DNA of 64,000 nt from Candidatus Nezhaarchaeales archaeon (GCA_038887515.1 JAWAKK010000001.1:710205-774204), one strand, 5' to 3'; positions 38,575-48,270 are shown, counted from the stretch's first letter. Made by a program: numbers and translations. Notes: generated from the letters alone by a model not told the origin.

Positions 38575-39495
38575 ATGTTTAATTTGGTGGCCGTCGGCAA
38601 TCCGGTTTACGATATCATTAAGACCCCCTTCGTCGAAAGCCTGGGTAGAGTTTTATCGGGGTGTAGCGTTAACGCTGCTTTGACGGCCAGAAAGCTGGGA
38701 ATGAAGAACGTAGTAGTGGTTGGCCGCATAGGAAGGGACTTCGAGAAGCGCTTTGTCAGCGAATTGAGGAGTAAAGATGTACAATTCATGAAGGTCGGAA
38801 CGGCTAACGAGACTACAGGCTTTAAGCTAAGGTACATCGACTTCTCGGGCAATAGGGAGCTGGAGATCCTTGGATCAAGCGGTAAGATTTCTCTAAGTGA
38901 TATACCTAGAGAGGCATTTGACACCAAGGCAGTAATAGTTGGCCCTGTCATAGGCGAAGTCGAAGTAGACATCCCCTCTTCCTTTAAGAGGAGGGGCGTA
39001 ACGGTTTTCCTCGATCCTCAAGGCTTCCTCCGCCGAGTGAATAATAGGGTTGTCGAGCACTACGCTAGCTCTGAAGCGATAGAAGCTTGCTGTGAAAGCC
39101 ACTTCGTAAAGCCAAACGAGTTAGAGGCAAAGTTACTTTCGGGAGTTGATGAACCGTTGAAAGCCGCTCTCTCCATTTATAGCAAGACTGAAGCAATAAC
39201 GGCTCTAACGTTAGCTGAAAGAGGCTCAATAGTTGTCGATGGAAAGAGGGCAATAATAGTCCCAGCCTACCCCACTTACCTTGTAGACCCTACAGGAGCT
39301 GGAGACGTCTACTTTGGGGCTCTAGCTTACTATCTGCTTAATGGATTTAGCCTAGAGGATGCTGCATCTTATGCTTCAGCCGTCGCTTCCATAAAGGTTG
39401 AGAACGTAGCTGCGCACTTTAACTTTTGTCAAAGTGAAGTTATCACTAGGGCTTCGTGGATAAGATCTAACATTAAGATAAAGCAACTACATTAA
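38575..39495 (+). CDS. PfkB-family carbohydrate/nucleoside kinase
   Basis: Ribokinase-like motifs (VAVGNPVYDII, DPTGAGDVYFGALAY). ATG 38575 preferred over GTG 38563. Confidence 0.75.
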   Translation: MFNLVAVGNPVYDIIKTPFVESLGRVLSGCSVNAALTARKLGMKNVVVVGRIGRDFEKRFVSELRSKDVQFMKVGTANETTGFKLRYIDFSGNRELEILGSSGKISLSDIPREAFDTKAVIVGPVIGEVEVDIPSSFKRRGVTVFLDPQGFLRRVNNRVVEHYASSEAIEACCESHFVKPNELEAKLLSGVDEPLKAALSIYSKTEAITALTLAERGSIVVDGKRAIIVPAYPTYLVDPTGAGDVYFGALAYYLLNGFSLEDAASYASAVASIKVENVAAHFNFCQSEVITRASWIRSNIKIKQLH

Positions 39496-39526
39496 ACCAT
39501 ACATTCTAAATCGTTCGTTATCTAAA

Positions 39527-39688
39527 TCATATAGGCCATTCGTGCCCGCAACTCGGGCATCTAGCATACTTACATCCTACAGCCGCTGAGGGACAACCTC
39601 CACAGGCAAATGTTCTAGCATAGGTTATATCGAATTCGTAGCCACACTTAGGGCACCTTACTAGCTTAGTAGAGCCTCTTAGCCTCAT
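39527..39688 (-). CDS. Small zinc-ribbon protein (53 aa), absent from the supplied ORF track
   Basis: Reverse strand translates to MRLRGSTKLVRCPKCGYEFDITYARTFACGGCPSAAVGCKYARCPSCGHEWPI. It has CxxC...CxxC...CxxC spacing. Intergenic between the PfkB kinase and the peptidase gene. Confidence 0.4.
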   Translation of the reverse strand: MRLRGSTKLVRCPKCGYEFDITYARTFACGGCPSAAVGCKYARCPSCGHEWPI

Positions 39689-39761
39689 TCTCCTTCTCCT
39701 CCATTAACAGAGGATAAAAGCCCTTTAAAAATAGTTCTACAAAAAATAGTTGAGATGAGCC

Positions 39762-40574
39762 TTGAATCTACTTCACCTAACCGCTATTGCTAAGATTTCG
39801 TTGTGCTCCATAATTCTCGGCTTCGCATCCTTTCAGGATTGGAGGACCAGGGAGATAAGCGACGTAGTCTGGATAGTCATGGGGGGCTTTGGGGCTACGC
39901 TAACCACCATAGAGTTGTTGACCGACTTCTCTTACGGCTTCCTTCTAATGCTTGCTGCATCGGTAGCCACGTGTTTCTTCCTTGGCTTCGGCCTATACCG
40001 CTTGGGCTTCTTTGGAGGAGCAGATGCAAAGTGCTTGTGGTGTATAGGCGTAACCCTCCCCTATAACCCGCTTACCAGCCTAGGGCTTAGCCCCGTTGGC
40101 CTTCAAAACCCCATCTTCTCGATCTCAATATTCAATAACTCCATATTGACTGCCGCTTTCTTAGCGTTGGGCATCATGTGCTTTAACGCCGTAATGAAGA
40201 CGAGGCGCCATCTATTTTCAGAAAGCGAAGAAAAGAGTTTATGGAAGAGGTTCGTTGTCCTAGCATTGGGCTACAAGATGAAGATATCAAGAGTCTTAGA
40301 GAAGAAAGACTTCTACTTCCCTCTTGAGGTATTCTCACACGAAAACGGCCGTGTTAAAAGGAGATTTAAGTTTACGGCAAGGTGTATGGACGACGATCCC
40401 TACGCAGAGCTTACGAGACTTGTAAACGCTGGAATTGTAAGTGTAGACGAGGAGATATGGGTCTCTCCAGCAATCCCGCTTATAATCAACATAACAGTCG
40501 GGTTCCTGGTATCATTACTTTACGGCGACTTAGTACTATCTATAGCTAGGGCAGCCCTAAGCTTAACACTATAA
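39762..40574 (+). CDS. Prepilin/preflagellin peptidase (A24 family, PibD/FlaK-like)
   Basis: Polytopic membrane protein with the second catalytic-Asp motif FGGADAKCL and a conserved Asp in the first cytoplasmic loop (REISDVVW). TTG start. Confidence 0.55.
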   Translation: MNLLHLTAIAKISLCSIILGFASFQDWRTREISDVVWIVMGGFGATLTTIELLTDFSYGFLLMLAASVATCFFLGFGLYRLGFFGGADAKCLWCIGVTLPYNPLTSLGLSPVGLQNPIFSISIFNNSILTAAFLALGIMCFNAVMKTRRHLFSESEEKSLWKRFVVLALGYKMKISRVLEKKDFYFPLEVFSHENGRVKRRFKFTARCMDDDPYAELTRLVNAGIVSVDEEIWVSPAIPLIINITVGFLVSLLYGDLVLSIARAALSLTL

Positions 40575-41579
40575 CGTTGCAAGTATATTCTTAGCAAGCC
40601 TTGCAATTTCACCCGCTACATCAAGTGTCTTAGCGCAACCGCCCATATCTGGCGTCAACACCTTACCGTCCGAGATTAACTTGTCGACAGCCATCTCTAT
40701 CGCTATGGCCTTCTTAGTCTCCTTTAAGTGTCTTAACATAAGTGCCGAGGAGAGTATTGACGCTACTGGGTTTGCTATGCCCTTGCCAGCTATGTCGAGA
40801 GCTACTCCGTGAACTGGCTCAAACATGGCGTACTTGTCACCTATATTGGCCGAGGGCGCAAGCCCTAGACCGCCAACGACTCCTGCAGCGACGTCGGAAA
40901 GAATGTCTCCAAACATGTTTGTAGTCACCAGGACGTCAAGGGTCTCCGGGGCCACCACTATCCTGTACCCAGCTGCATCGACGACCAGCTCGTCTGCCTG
41001 AATTTCAGGGTATAACTTAGCGATTTCGAAGAAGGCTGAGCGAAAGAGACCGCAGGATTCCTTCATTACGTTTGCTTTGTGGACTACTGTAACTCTCCTC
41101 CTTCCCTCTCTCTTAGCTAATTCAAAGGCGAACTTTGCTATTCTCTTAGAAGCCTTCTCGCTTACGATCCTTAACGTGATAGCCGTAGAGCTAACCTTGA
41201 ACTCTAGACCCGAGTAAAGGTCTTCGGTGTTTTCCCTAACGATTACCATATCTACTTTCTTTGGGCTCCTACCAAAGGTCTTAAATGGTCTAACGTTAGC
41301 GTAAAGGTCTAGCTCTCGCCTCAAAGCTACGGTAACAGATTTATAGCTCTCGGGACCTGGAGGCGTCATCAATGGCCCTTTCAATATACAGTTGCAGCTC
41401 TTTATGGTGTTAAGCGCTCCATCTTCGATAGGCTTACCTGTCTTTCTCCAATACTCGTAGCCAGCCTTTATCTCTACGTACTCAGCATCGAAGTCCAGAG
41501 CCTCCAAGACCTTGAGGGTGGAATCGATTACCTCCGGCCCTATCCCGTCGCCACGTATGACCGCTATCTTAAAATTCAA
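40569..41579 (-). CDS. leuB: 3-isopropylmalate/isocitrate/homoisocitrate dehydrogenase family enzyme
   Basis: N-terminal KIAVIRGDGIGPEV motif and overall length of the family. Start set to TTG 41579 so the product begins MNFKIAV. Specific substrate not assignable. Confidence 0.8.
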   Translation of the reverse strand: MNFKIAVIRGDGIGPEVIDSTLKVLEALDFDAEYVEIKAGYEYWRKTGKPIEDGALNTIKSCNCILKGPLMTPPGPESYKSVTVALRRELDLYANVRPFKTFGRSPKKVDMVIVRENTEDLYSGLEFKVSSTAITLRIVSEKASKRIAKFAFELAKREGRRRVTVVHKANVMKESCGLFRSAFFEIAKLYPEIQADELVVDAAGYRIVVAPETLDVLVTTNMFGDILSDVAAGVVGGLGLAPSANIGDKYAMFEPVHGVALDIAGKGIANPVASILSSALMLRHLKETKKAIAIEMAVDKLISDGKVLTPDMGGCAKTLDVAGEIARLAKNILATL

Positions 41580-41636
41580 GTTAAGGGCCCCCACACTTTT
41601 AGGAACTTAAAGTCTTGAGATTTAGGTGCTTAAAAA

Positions 41637-42590
41637 GTGAGATTTAAGGATTTATGCGAGGAATTAGACAAGACCTTGAGACTGGACCTAGGGTTTAGAG
41701 GTATAGTCGACGAGCTATACTTAGCGGCTAGATCCCGCGTTAACAAGCCCCTCGTACAGCTAGCCGTAGAGTTAATTGCTAGCGTAGAACCTAAAAGAGC
41801 GGTAATAGCTACTGGATTTAAAGTAACGCCTAAGTTCGTTCAAGAGACCGACGGGCCTCTAGGTGCATTAGTTTTAGCTCAAACGCTTGATGTGCTAGGT
41901 TTCGACGTCCTCCTCCTTATAGAGGAAGACTCCACCGGAGTTTTAAACGCTGGGCTTGATGTGCTAGGTTTAAGCTGTAAGGTATGTCCTCTGCCAGTAA
42001 ACTCGTCTTTAGCGCCTTTCTCTCGTAGATTGATGGAAGATTTCGGACCTAAGGTACTGATATTCGTTGAGAAGGTTGGAGCGAATGACGTCGGAGTTTA
42101 TCATACGATGTCTGGGGTCGACGTCAGTAGGTATCACGCTAGAGTTGAAGAGATAATATATGAAGCCCGGAGAGTGGGCTGTAAAGTTATGTCTGTAGGT
42201 GATGGTGGTAACGAAGTCGGGTTCGGACTCATAAAGGAGGCAGTAGAACTGCTAGTTCCTCGAGCACGGGATTGTGGTTGTCCATGTGGTAGAGGTATAG
42301 CCGCATCATCGATGGTTGATGTATTGGTAGTTTCTTCCATATCTAATGTCGGGTGCTATGCCATTTCCTCCGCACTTTCAGCTTTTTACGGTTATGAGTG
42401 GCCGCATAATCACGAAGTGGACCTTAAACTGTTGAAAGCAATTGTAGATGCAGGTGCGGTTGATGGATTAACAGGCGAAGGCGACATGAAGGTTGACGGC
42501 GTGCCGGCCCAAGTCCTAGCATTAATGGTTGACTTGGATTCCTACCTCGCTACTAAGTTCCTTGGCAAAATGGGAGTATTAAAGAGGTAG
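41637..42590 (+). CDS. Conserved hypothetical protein (possibly DUF4392/DUF1445-like)
   Basis: 317-aa ORF with no motif recognised with confidence. Domain guess is from weak recollection only. Confidence 0.35.
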   Translation: MRFKDLCEELDKTLRLDLGFRGIVDELYLAARSRVNKPLVQLAVELIASVEPKRAVIATGFKVTPKFVQETDGPLGALVLAQTLDVLGFDVLLLIEEDSTGVLNAGLDVLGLSCKVCPLPVNSSLAPFSRRLMEDFGPKVLIFVEKVGANDVGVYHTMSGVDVSRYHARVEEIIYEARRVGCKVMSVGDGGNEVGFGLIKEAVELLVPRARDCGCPCGRGIAASSMVDVLVVSSISNVGCYAISSALSAFYGYEWPHNHEVDLKLLKAIVDAGAVDGLTGEGDMKVDGVPAQVLALMVDLDSYLATKFLGKMGVLKR

Positions 42591-43092
42591 GGGGTAGTCC
42601 CAAGCGGCGATACGTTCCCTCGACGAACTTTATGCATTCATGAGCGCTCGAAAACGGTAAGAGCGCTAAGTGAGAATTGCATTTGCAGTCGCTACACCCA
42701 AAACCTTCAACGAATCTCGTCAGGGAATTAAGCGTAGAAGCTACTATGCACTCAAACTTCCTATCAACAAGTGAGGCAACGATCCCAACTACTACAGACG
42801 ATCTAGAGGAAGTGAGGTAGTCTATGTGCCACCTCAACTTTTTATCCCTTTTGATATGCCTCAGAACTCTACTTCGAAGGCTTAAGGCTCCTCTACCCAT
42901 GGCCGAGCCAGTGTACGCATAAAAACCCTTTCCTACGGTTATGGTACCCAAGGAGCCGACCCTTATCTCCTCATCTTCTTTTAGCTGAACTACTATAGTA
43001 TATATGCCGTTTCGTGGAAGAAGGCTTAGGGCAGGAGGCTCATCGAGCCTGTCAACATCACTCAAAATATCAGGACCCGGGTTACAAATCAT
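42553..43092 (-). CDS. DUF123-family protein (GIY-YIG/Uri-superfamily endonuclease-like)
   Basis: GIYTIVVQL...GFYAYTGSA GIY-YIG-like N-terminus. Characteristic DUF123 motifs WHIDYL and GFGCSDCKCNSHL. ATG 43092 preferred over GTG 43101. Confidence 0.65.
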   Translation of the reverse strand: MICNPGPDILSDVDRLDEPPALSLLPRNGIYTIVVQLKEDEEIRVGSLGTITVGKGFYAYTGSAMGRGALSLRSRVLRHIKRDKKLRWHIDYLTSSRSSVVVGIVASLVDRKFECIVASTLNSLTRFVEGFGCSDCKCNSHLALLPFSSAHECIKFVEGTYRRLGLPPTSLILPFCQGT

Positions 43093-43315
43093 TGCCCCCA
43101 CCCACTACGTAGGCTAGAAGAGCATTAAAGTTTTGCATATATACGCGGTTATCTAGGTTCTTGCCGGGGCTGTGATCGGGGGGTTCAAAGCGCTGAGGAG
43201 TGAGGAGGCCGACTACATGGTGAGCCCCTAGAAACCTTTAAAGTTAAGCAATTAAGTGCTTAAGTGTAGGACTATGTTGTATGTGTCCATACTTTGAACT
43301 GTGAGGGTGTAGCTG

Positions 43316-43837
43316 ATGTCTAAACATAAAGACTTGAAGAAGCAGGAGCTCCATGAAGAAAGTACTGAAAAGTCCATACTCATACACTCCGAAAGGGGGA
43401 ATATCAAGAGAGTTGTTGAGATGGACGGGCCCCTTCATGAAACTGTTAAGAAGGCTGCTCTTGAGGCTCTACAGATGTGGAACCCCGAGACTTCGGACTT
43501 TGTAGTCATGAAGGACAGCTACACTAAAACCCTTAAGCTTCCACTATCCAAAGAAGACTACGATTTCTACTCGAAGTTCGAATTGCGTCGAAGCTCCAAA
43601 GAGGCTGAAGTCGTAATACCGATCTACATAACGTCGTTTAATAACGAGTGGAGAGAGACCGATTACTATGACAATGAAATTTTCATAATTGCCCCTAAAC
43701 TTCCTCCCGAAGACTTGGAGGAACTCAAGAAGAGAGCCATGATAGCTACTTCCGAAGAGCAACTCGAAGCTAGCGACTTGGGCGGACTAGTTGAAGACAT
43801 GGAAGAGCTAGGCGAGGAGGAAGAGGAAGAAGAGTAG
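43316..43837 (+). CDS. Hypothetical acidic protein with poly-Glu C-terminus
   Basis: 173-aa ORF. Charged and low-complexity, with a C-terminal EELGEEEEEEE tail. No known domain recognised. Confidence 0.35.
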   Translation: MSKHKDLKKQELHEESTEKSILIHSERGNIKRVVEMDGPLHETVKKAALEALQMWNPETSDFVVMKDSYTKTLKLPLSKEDYDFYSKFELRRSSKEAEVVIPIYITSFNNEWRETDYYDNEIFIIAPKLPPEDLEELKKRAMIATSEEQLEASDLGGLVEDMEELGEEEEEEE

Positions 43838-46447
43838 TCACTTACTATTGCAGAAAAACGAAGTTATACTTCTAACTCCAAGGATCTCGTCGAAGTCTAA
43901 ACCTAGAGCCGTAAGTACTTGCTCGAAAGTAGTCCTCATATGTTCCACGTACTTCTCTACGTCTACTTCATCTATCCTAGCCAACTGGATAGGTTTAACG
44001 CCAGGTTCTCCCTTAACCTTTACGAACCTTATTATCGAGCCTGCGTCCACGTTCTTCTTGTAAGCCATTAAGAGTTTGGCAGCCTTCACATGTTGGGAAG
44101 ATACGGCATAATCTGACGGATGTTTTGATAGCATGACGGTAAAGGCCAGCTCGTCTAAGCTATACTTCCTCTCTCTCAGTTTCTCGTAGACCTTTCGAGC
44201 CAAGTCCCTAATAACCTCCTTCGATCTTTCGAAATCTTCAGGGGTCCTTACTCTGCTCAATATGCTTACAAAGTTTAAGAAGGCCTCCTTTAAGAATGGG
44301 GGCGTGTTCCTCTTCTTTCCTACAAGACCTTTAATATCCACTTCGCCGTTGACTAGCGTGCCTACGTAGTTCTTCTTTAAGCCTGAGAAGGCAACGAACT
44401 TGTAGTTCTTGTCGTAGTCTAGGTCGACTTTAAGTACCTCCTCGGCCCACTCCATGAGTTCCTTGATCTTCGATTCGTCGGGGTTATGTATGAAAATACT
44501 GTCCGTATCGCCATATACGACCTCAAGCCCTAGGCTTTGAGCTTTTTCAATGGTCTTAGTTATTATGTATCTGCCTATCGCTGTTGTACTCTCAGCAACT
44601 GGCGGGCAATATAGAGAGAAGTTTGAGGATCCCATCACACCGTAGGAGGCATTCAATATGACCTTTAAGCTCTTCTCTACAACCTCGTAGAGACTCTTTT
44701 TAGCCGGATCCTTTACTTTCTTCGACATAGGCTTAAACCACAGAGCCCTTATGTCCCGCAACATCCCTATCAATATCGATGTTAAGCCCTGTCTCTTAGT
44801 GCAGACCCAGTGAGGCGTTGAAGGTATCACGTTAGACCTACATTCTTGGTGGTTACAGTTTATAACTTCGTAGGATAGGTTCCTCGTTTTAACTATGCTT
44901 GGATACAGTGATGTGAAGTCGAGGACCGCTACATTGAAATATACCCCAGCGGGTGGCTTCAGCACTATTGCTCCCATGTACTTCTTGCCTTTAATCTTAG
45001 CTTCAGTTGCCGCCTGACCCTTAACGGCTATTATCTCGTCCTTCCTAGGTATCAAGAAGTTCCTCTTGCGATGCTCAAAGTATAGCATGTTCCTTATCCA
45101 GTTGGATATGCCCTGCCTCGTTACGTCCTCCATGCTCATCTTGGATATGCGCATGAAAAGCACTATGAGCTTCATTATGAGGTTATCGTTGAACTTAGTA
45201 AATTGAAGAGTTATGTATGCGTCCCTTAAACAGTAAGCTGCTAGCTGAGCATAACTTAACTGCGATACTGAAACTCTAAGTTGAATCTTCTTGACTGATA
45301 GAAGAGCTTCGGCTACTGCATCTAAAGTCACGTCTCTGTACTTATTACCGAAAGCATAACCTTGAATCGACCTGTTGTGGAAGAACTTGTAGAGGTCTAC
45401 GTGAACCGATGCCGGTAGCAGAGCAGAGGGGTTTTCGCCTGCAGTCATTGATATAGGCACTTTATCTCGAGGGAAGCCAAGCTTAATGGCTCTGTGAAGA
45501 ATGTAATTTAAGTCGAAGTTATCTCCATTAAAAGTTAGCACTATCGGGTAATCGTTTAAAAGCTTGAATATCTCCTCCAACATCTTGTACTCATCGTAGA
45601 AGAACCTTACTTCAGCATCTTCAGGAAGTTCCTCCGACTGACCAGCTTCCACGCCGTCCCTCCTCAATAAGAAAACTAGCTTCCTTCCATCAGAGTCTAC
45701 AAGGCTGAAGGCTATTATTGGGTATAGTGCCTCCTTAGGGTTTGGAAGCTTATCTGGGTCTGGAGAGTAAACCTCTATGTCTATCGCTGCCCTCCTTATG
45801 TCCGGTATAGGAGCTAGGAATAAGGGGAGCCATTCTTTGACAACTTCTTTGGCCGCTTCTTGACCTTCAAAAAGCTTCATAACGTCTTCGGTTTCATCCC
45901 CACCAAACTTTGCATCAGTTTTGAGTAGCTTTCCATCCTCAATTCTATAGAACATGCCTGGCACGAGCTGCTTATCGAAAATGTAGCAGTTATGATACTT
46001 TATATCGGCCTCCCAAGCTTTAGGTAGAAGGTCCCTTATAGCCCCCTTCTTACCGCCTATAGCGAGAGGATCTGACGCCATTACTTTTATCAGCTCGACC
46101 TCCTTCTCCCTCAGGACGTCAAATTTCCTAACTTTCTCGAAGCCAATAAATCCTGGGTGGGCTACAACCTTGCTTCTCTTAAGCTCCTCAATGCTCATAT
46201 CCGTTAAACAGTAGGGCTTGTGTCCGGAATCGTCGTACCAAAAGTGCATAACTCTCTTTTCAATATCGTAGAGCTTAAGGAGGGCTTTCTTAGTCTCGCC
46301 ACTATATGATACAGACAAGAGGATGCATGTACCTGAGCTTCGAGAGGGCTTGAGGTCTATCTTTCCCGTGATGTAAAGTTCTTCTTCGTGTTCGGTTTCA
46401 AGTACCTCTTCAGTCTCTAGGTATTCTTCAAGTAGTTCGCTCACCAT
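43838..46447 (-). CDS. polB: Family B DNA polymerase
   Basis: Exo I motif IDIEVYS. Pol motifs including YGDTDSIF and KxxxNSxYG. 869 aa. Confidence 0.9.
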   Translation of the reverse strand: MVSELLEEYLETEEVLETEHEEELYITGKIDLKPSRSSGTCILLSVSYSGETKKALLKLYDIEKRVMHFWYDDSGHKPYCLTDMSIEELKRSKVVAHPGFIGFEKVRKFDVLREKEVELIKVMASDPLAIGGKKGAIRDLLPKAWEADIKYHNCYIFDKQLVPGMFYRIEDGKLLKTDAKFGGDETEDVMKLFEGQEAAKEVVKEWLPLFLAPIPDIRRAAIDIEVYSPDPDKLPNPKEALYPIIAFSLVDSDGRKLVFLLRRDGVEAGQSEELPEDAEVRFFYDEYKMLEEIFKLLNDYPIVLTFNGDNFDLNYILHRAIKLGFPRDKVPISMTAGENPSALLPASVHVDLYKFFHNRSIQGYAFGNKYRDVTLDAVAEALLSVKKIQLRVSVSQLSYAQLAAYCLRDAYITLQFTKFNDNLIMKLIVLFMRISKMSMEDVTRQGISNWIRNMLYFEHRKRNFLIPRKDEIIAVKGQAATEAKIKGKKYMGAIVLKPPAGVYFNVAVLDFTSLYPSIVKTRNLSYEVINCNHQECRSNVIPSTPHWVCTKRQGLTSILIGMLRDIRALWFKPMSKKVKDPAKKSLYEVVEKSLKVILNASYGVMGSSNFSLYCPPVAESTTAIGRYIITKTIEKAQSLGLEVVYGDTDSIFIHNPDESKIKELMEWAEEVLKVDLDYDKNYKFVAFSGLKKNYVGTLVNGEVDIKGLVGKKRNTPPFLKEAFLNFVSILSRVRTPEDFERSKEVIRDLARKVYEKLRERKYSLDELAFTVMLSKHPSDYAVSSQHVKAAKLLMAYKKNVDAGSIIRFVKVKGEPGVKPIQLARIDEVDVEKYVEHMRTTFEQVLTALGLDFDEILGVRSITSFFCNSK

Positions 46448-46677
46448 CTCAACCTCTCAAGATCGCGTTCCTCCTTGCTCTTCTTCTTATATTCCTTATA
46501 GTGCTTCTTGCATAGGTAAATTCTTCCACGTGCCTCGGGCTTGATGTTAAAGTACTTAGCAGCTTTAACGGTAGAGACGGATCTTACCGCAATATCATCG
46601 CAGAAGGCGCACTTCTCCCCCTTAGAGGTCCTACTCAAGTTAACTTGCCTCCTCAGTAGAAAGGTTAGGGTAACCAA
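46441..46677 (-). CDS. Small basic zinc-finger protein translationally coupled to polB (candidate PolB-binding accessory subunit, PBP2-like)
   Basis: 78 aa. CAFCDD...CKKHY Cys2-Cys/His pattern. Lys/Arg-rich. Stop overlaps the polB ATG by 7 nt. TTG start, so the true start is uncertain. Function inferred from position only. Confidence 0.4.
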   Translation of the reverse strand: MVTLTFLLRRQVNLSRTSKGEKCAFCDDIAVRSVSTVKAAKYFNIKPEARGRIYLCKKHYKEYKKKSKEERDLERLRW

Positions 46678-46836
46678 CTTTTAAGGTTACCATGGATTGA
46701 AGTGTTAAGCTACTCTAGGTAATATCAAAAAGAATTTAAGTTTTGAAGTGAAGCGACAAGTTCATAAACGTTGGAGGAGCTTACTGTCTAACCTTACCTT
46801 CATTTAAAGGCCTATGCGGCTACCTTTAATAAGTAT

Positions 46837-47670
46837 GTGTTCGAAGCACATACTACATCGAGGGGACGAGAAATCACGGAAGGAAGGAAAACAGCGAAGG
46901 ATGCTTCGCTCGCCTCCCTATTCGGCTTAACCATCGGGTGTGTTGCTGGACTAATAGGTGTCGGTGGAGGCGAATTTAGGATCCCAGTCTTGCTTCACAT
47001 TCTTAGGCTCTCAGCCGTCACAGCCGTGACAGTTAACCTCTTTGTGGGCCTGCTAGTGGTCGTTGCCTCCTTTTTTAGGCGCCTTCAATTAGGCTTATTA
47101 AGTAGCTGTTACGCCAACATAGCCTTTGCAATGTCGGTGTCATCGATCGTCGGCGCCTATGTAGGCGCCCGCTTGTCAGGTAAGCTCCCTGAAAAGACTT
47201 TAAGAAAGTTTCTGGCGGCGTTCCTCGTCATAATCGGCTTAAAAATCGGGATAGAACCGTTTGTCGAACTACCAGCACCCTTTACTTTAACGCTCGACTT
47301 TGCAGGAGAAACCATACTATCCGTGATTATAGGCTTAACGATAGGCATCGTATCGGGGTACTTTGGTGTTGCGGGCGGCGAGTTCCGCATTCCAGCATTG
47401 ATTTACATCTTCGGCATAGATGTCGTCGATGCTGGAACGCTCAGTCTACTCGTCTCCATACCAACAGTATCTTCAGGTCTCTTAAAGCACCATAGGATGG
47501 GACATTTTAACAGAGGAGCGTTTATCATAGCTATCGCTATGGGAACTAGCTCGGTTGTAGGTGCCTCGATTGGAGCTTCTTTCGTAGGAGCCATGGATAA
47601 GGACTTGCTTAAGGTGCTGCTCGGCGTAATTCTTGTATCATCAACTATTCGGATCGTAACTAAACCTTAG
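46837..47670 (+). CDS. TauE/SafE (DUF81) family membrane transporter
   Basis: Two internal repeats, each with the G(V)GGGEFRIP motif (GLIGVGGGEFRIPVL and GVAGGEFRIPAL). GTG start. Confidence 0.75.
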   Translation: MFEAHTTSRGREITEGRKTAKDASLASLFGLTIGCVAGLIGVGGGEFRIPVLLHILRLSAVTAVTVNLFVGLLVVVASFFRRLQLGLLSSCYANIAFAMSVSSIVGAYVGARLSGKLPEKTLRKFLAAFLVIIGLKIGIEPFVELPAPFTLTLDFAGETILSVIIGLTIGIVSGYFGVAGGEFRIPALIYIFGIDVVDAGTLSLLVSIPTVSSGLLKHHRMGHFNRGAFIIAIAMGTSSVVGASIGASFVGAMDKDLLKVLLGVILVSSTIRIVTKP

Positions 47671-47784
47671 ACGTCACCCTAATAGATACTTCTTAGATGT
47701 TAAGTTAATGCGCCTTCTAAACTACATTTAAGTTCGCGACGTGTAAGCTATAAGAGACACAATGACGCTTAAGTGAAAGAAAGT

Positions 47785-47873
47785 GGGCCCGTCGTCTAGT
47801 TTGGATAGGACGCCAGCCTGCGGTTCACGTAGAAAGCTGGAGGTCCGGGGTTCAAGTCCCCGCGGGCCCGCCA
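47785..47873 (+). tRNA. tRNA-Arg (anticodon GCG) with an ~11-nt intron at the canonical 37/38 position and genomically encoded CCA
   Basis: Acceptor stem GGGCCCG/CGGGCCC. D-arm GTCT/GGAC. Anticodon stem CCAGC/GCTGG perfectly paired. Loop CUGCGG followed by insert TTCACGTAGAA then A38. A 4-bp helix TGCG/CGTA flanked by 3-nt bulges resembles a BHB-like motif. T-arm CGGGG-TTCAAGT-CCCCG. 3' end ...G-CCA is encoded. Confidence 0.75.
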
Positions 47874-48270
47874 TCTTTCTAAATAATTAACCTGGCCCTC
47901 CTTTCTTAGGAACCACCGCACGTGAGGTCATTGAAGTTCGCGGGTAGCAAATCTTAAGTAGTAATAGAACGAAACAGTTGTGGTGATGTCTAGCTCGGAG
48001 GGCCAAGGCTCGAGCTGCCTTCACGATAAACTGGAACTATTAGGGGAGCAGAGAGGGGAGAAAGGAGTAAATAAGTACTTTAGATGTTTAAGGTGCGGAA
48101 ACGTCTTGATATTATCGGAGAACGGAGCATTGTACGAGGTGCCTTCAGCTAAGAAGAGTTAAACTACTGGCAAATTGACTTGGCCCCTATCTTCCCTTAC
48201 ACTGTAGGGCAAGTTTAGCAGGACTTCAATAACGAAGGTCGACAAGTTAAAAATAGTCGAAAGTCTCGAG

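Noticed and set aside
43177-43195. tRNA T-loop-like sequence GGGGGTTCAAAGCGC
   Set aside because: The flanks cannot form a T-stem or an acceptor stem, and no D-arm is present, so this is not a tRNA.
43102-43315. Possible C/D-box sRNA in the divergent intergenic region
   Set aside because: No canonical RUGAUGA/CUGA box pair with appropriate spacing was found. Only partial matches were seen.
46669-46691. Hairpin GGTAACC-N9-GGTTACC
   Set aside because: The inverted repeat is real, but it overlaps the 5' end of the small polB-coupled ORF. It is more likely a chance palindrome or start-region structure than a discrete element.
47980-48162. 60-aa ORF with C..H...CxxC
   Set aside because: There is incomplete zinc-ribbon spacing, no start context and a Ser/Gly-rich N-terminus. 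Evidence is insufficient.
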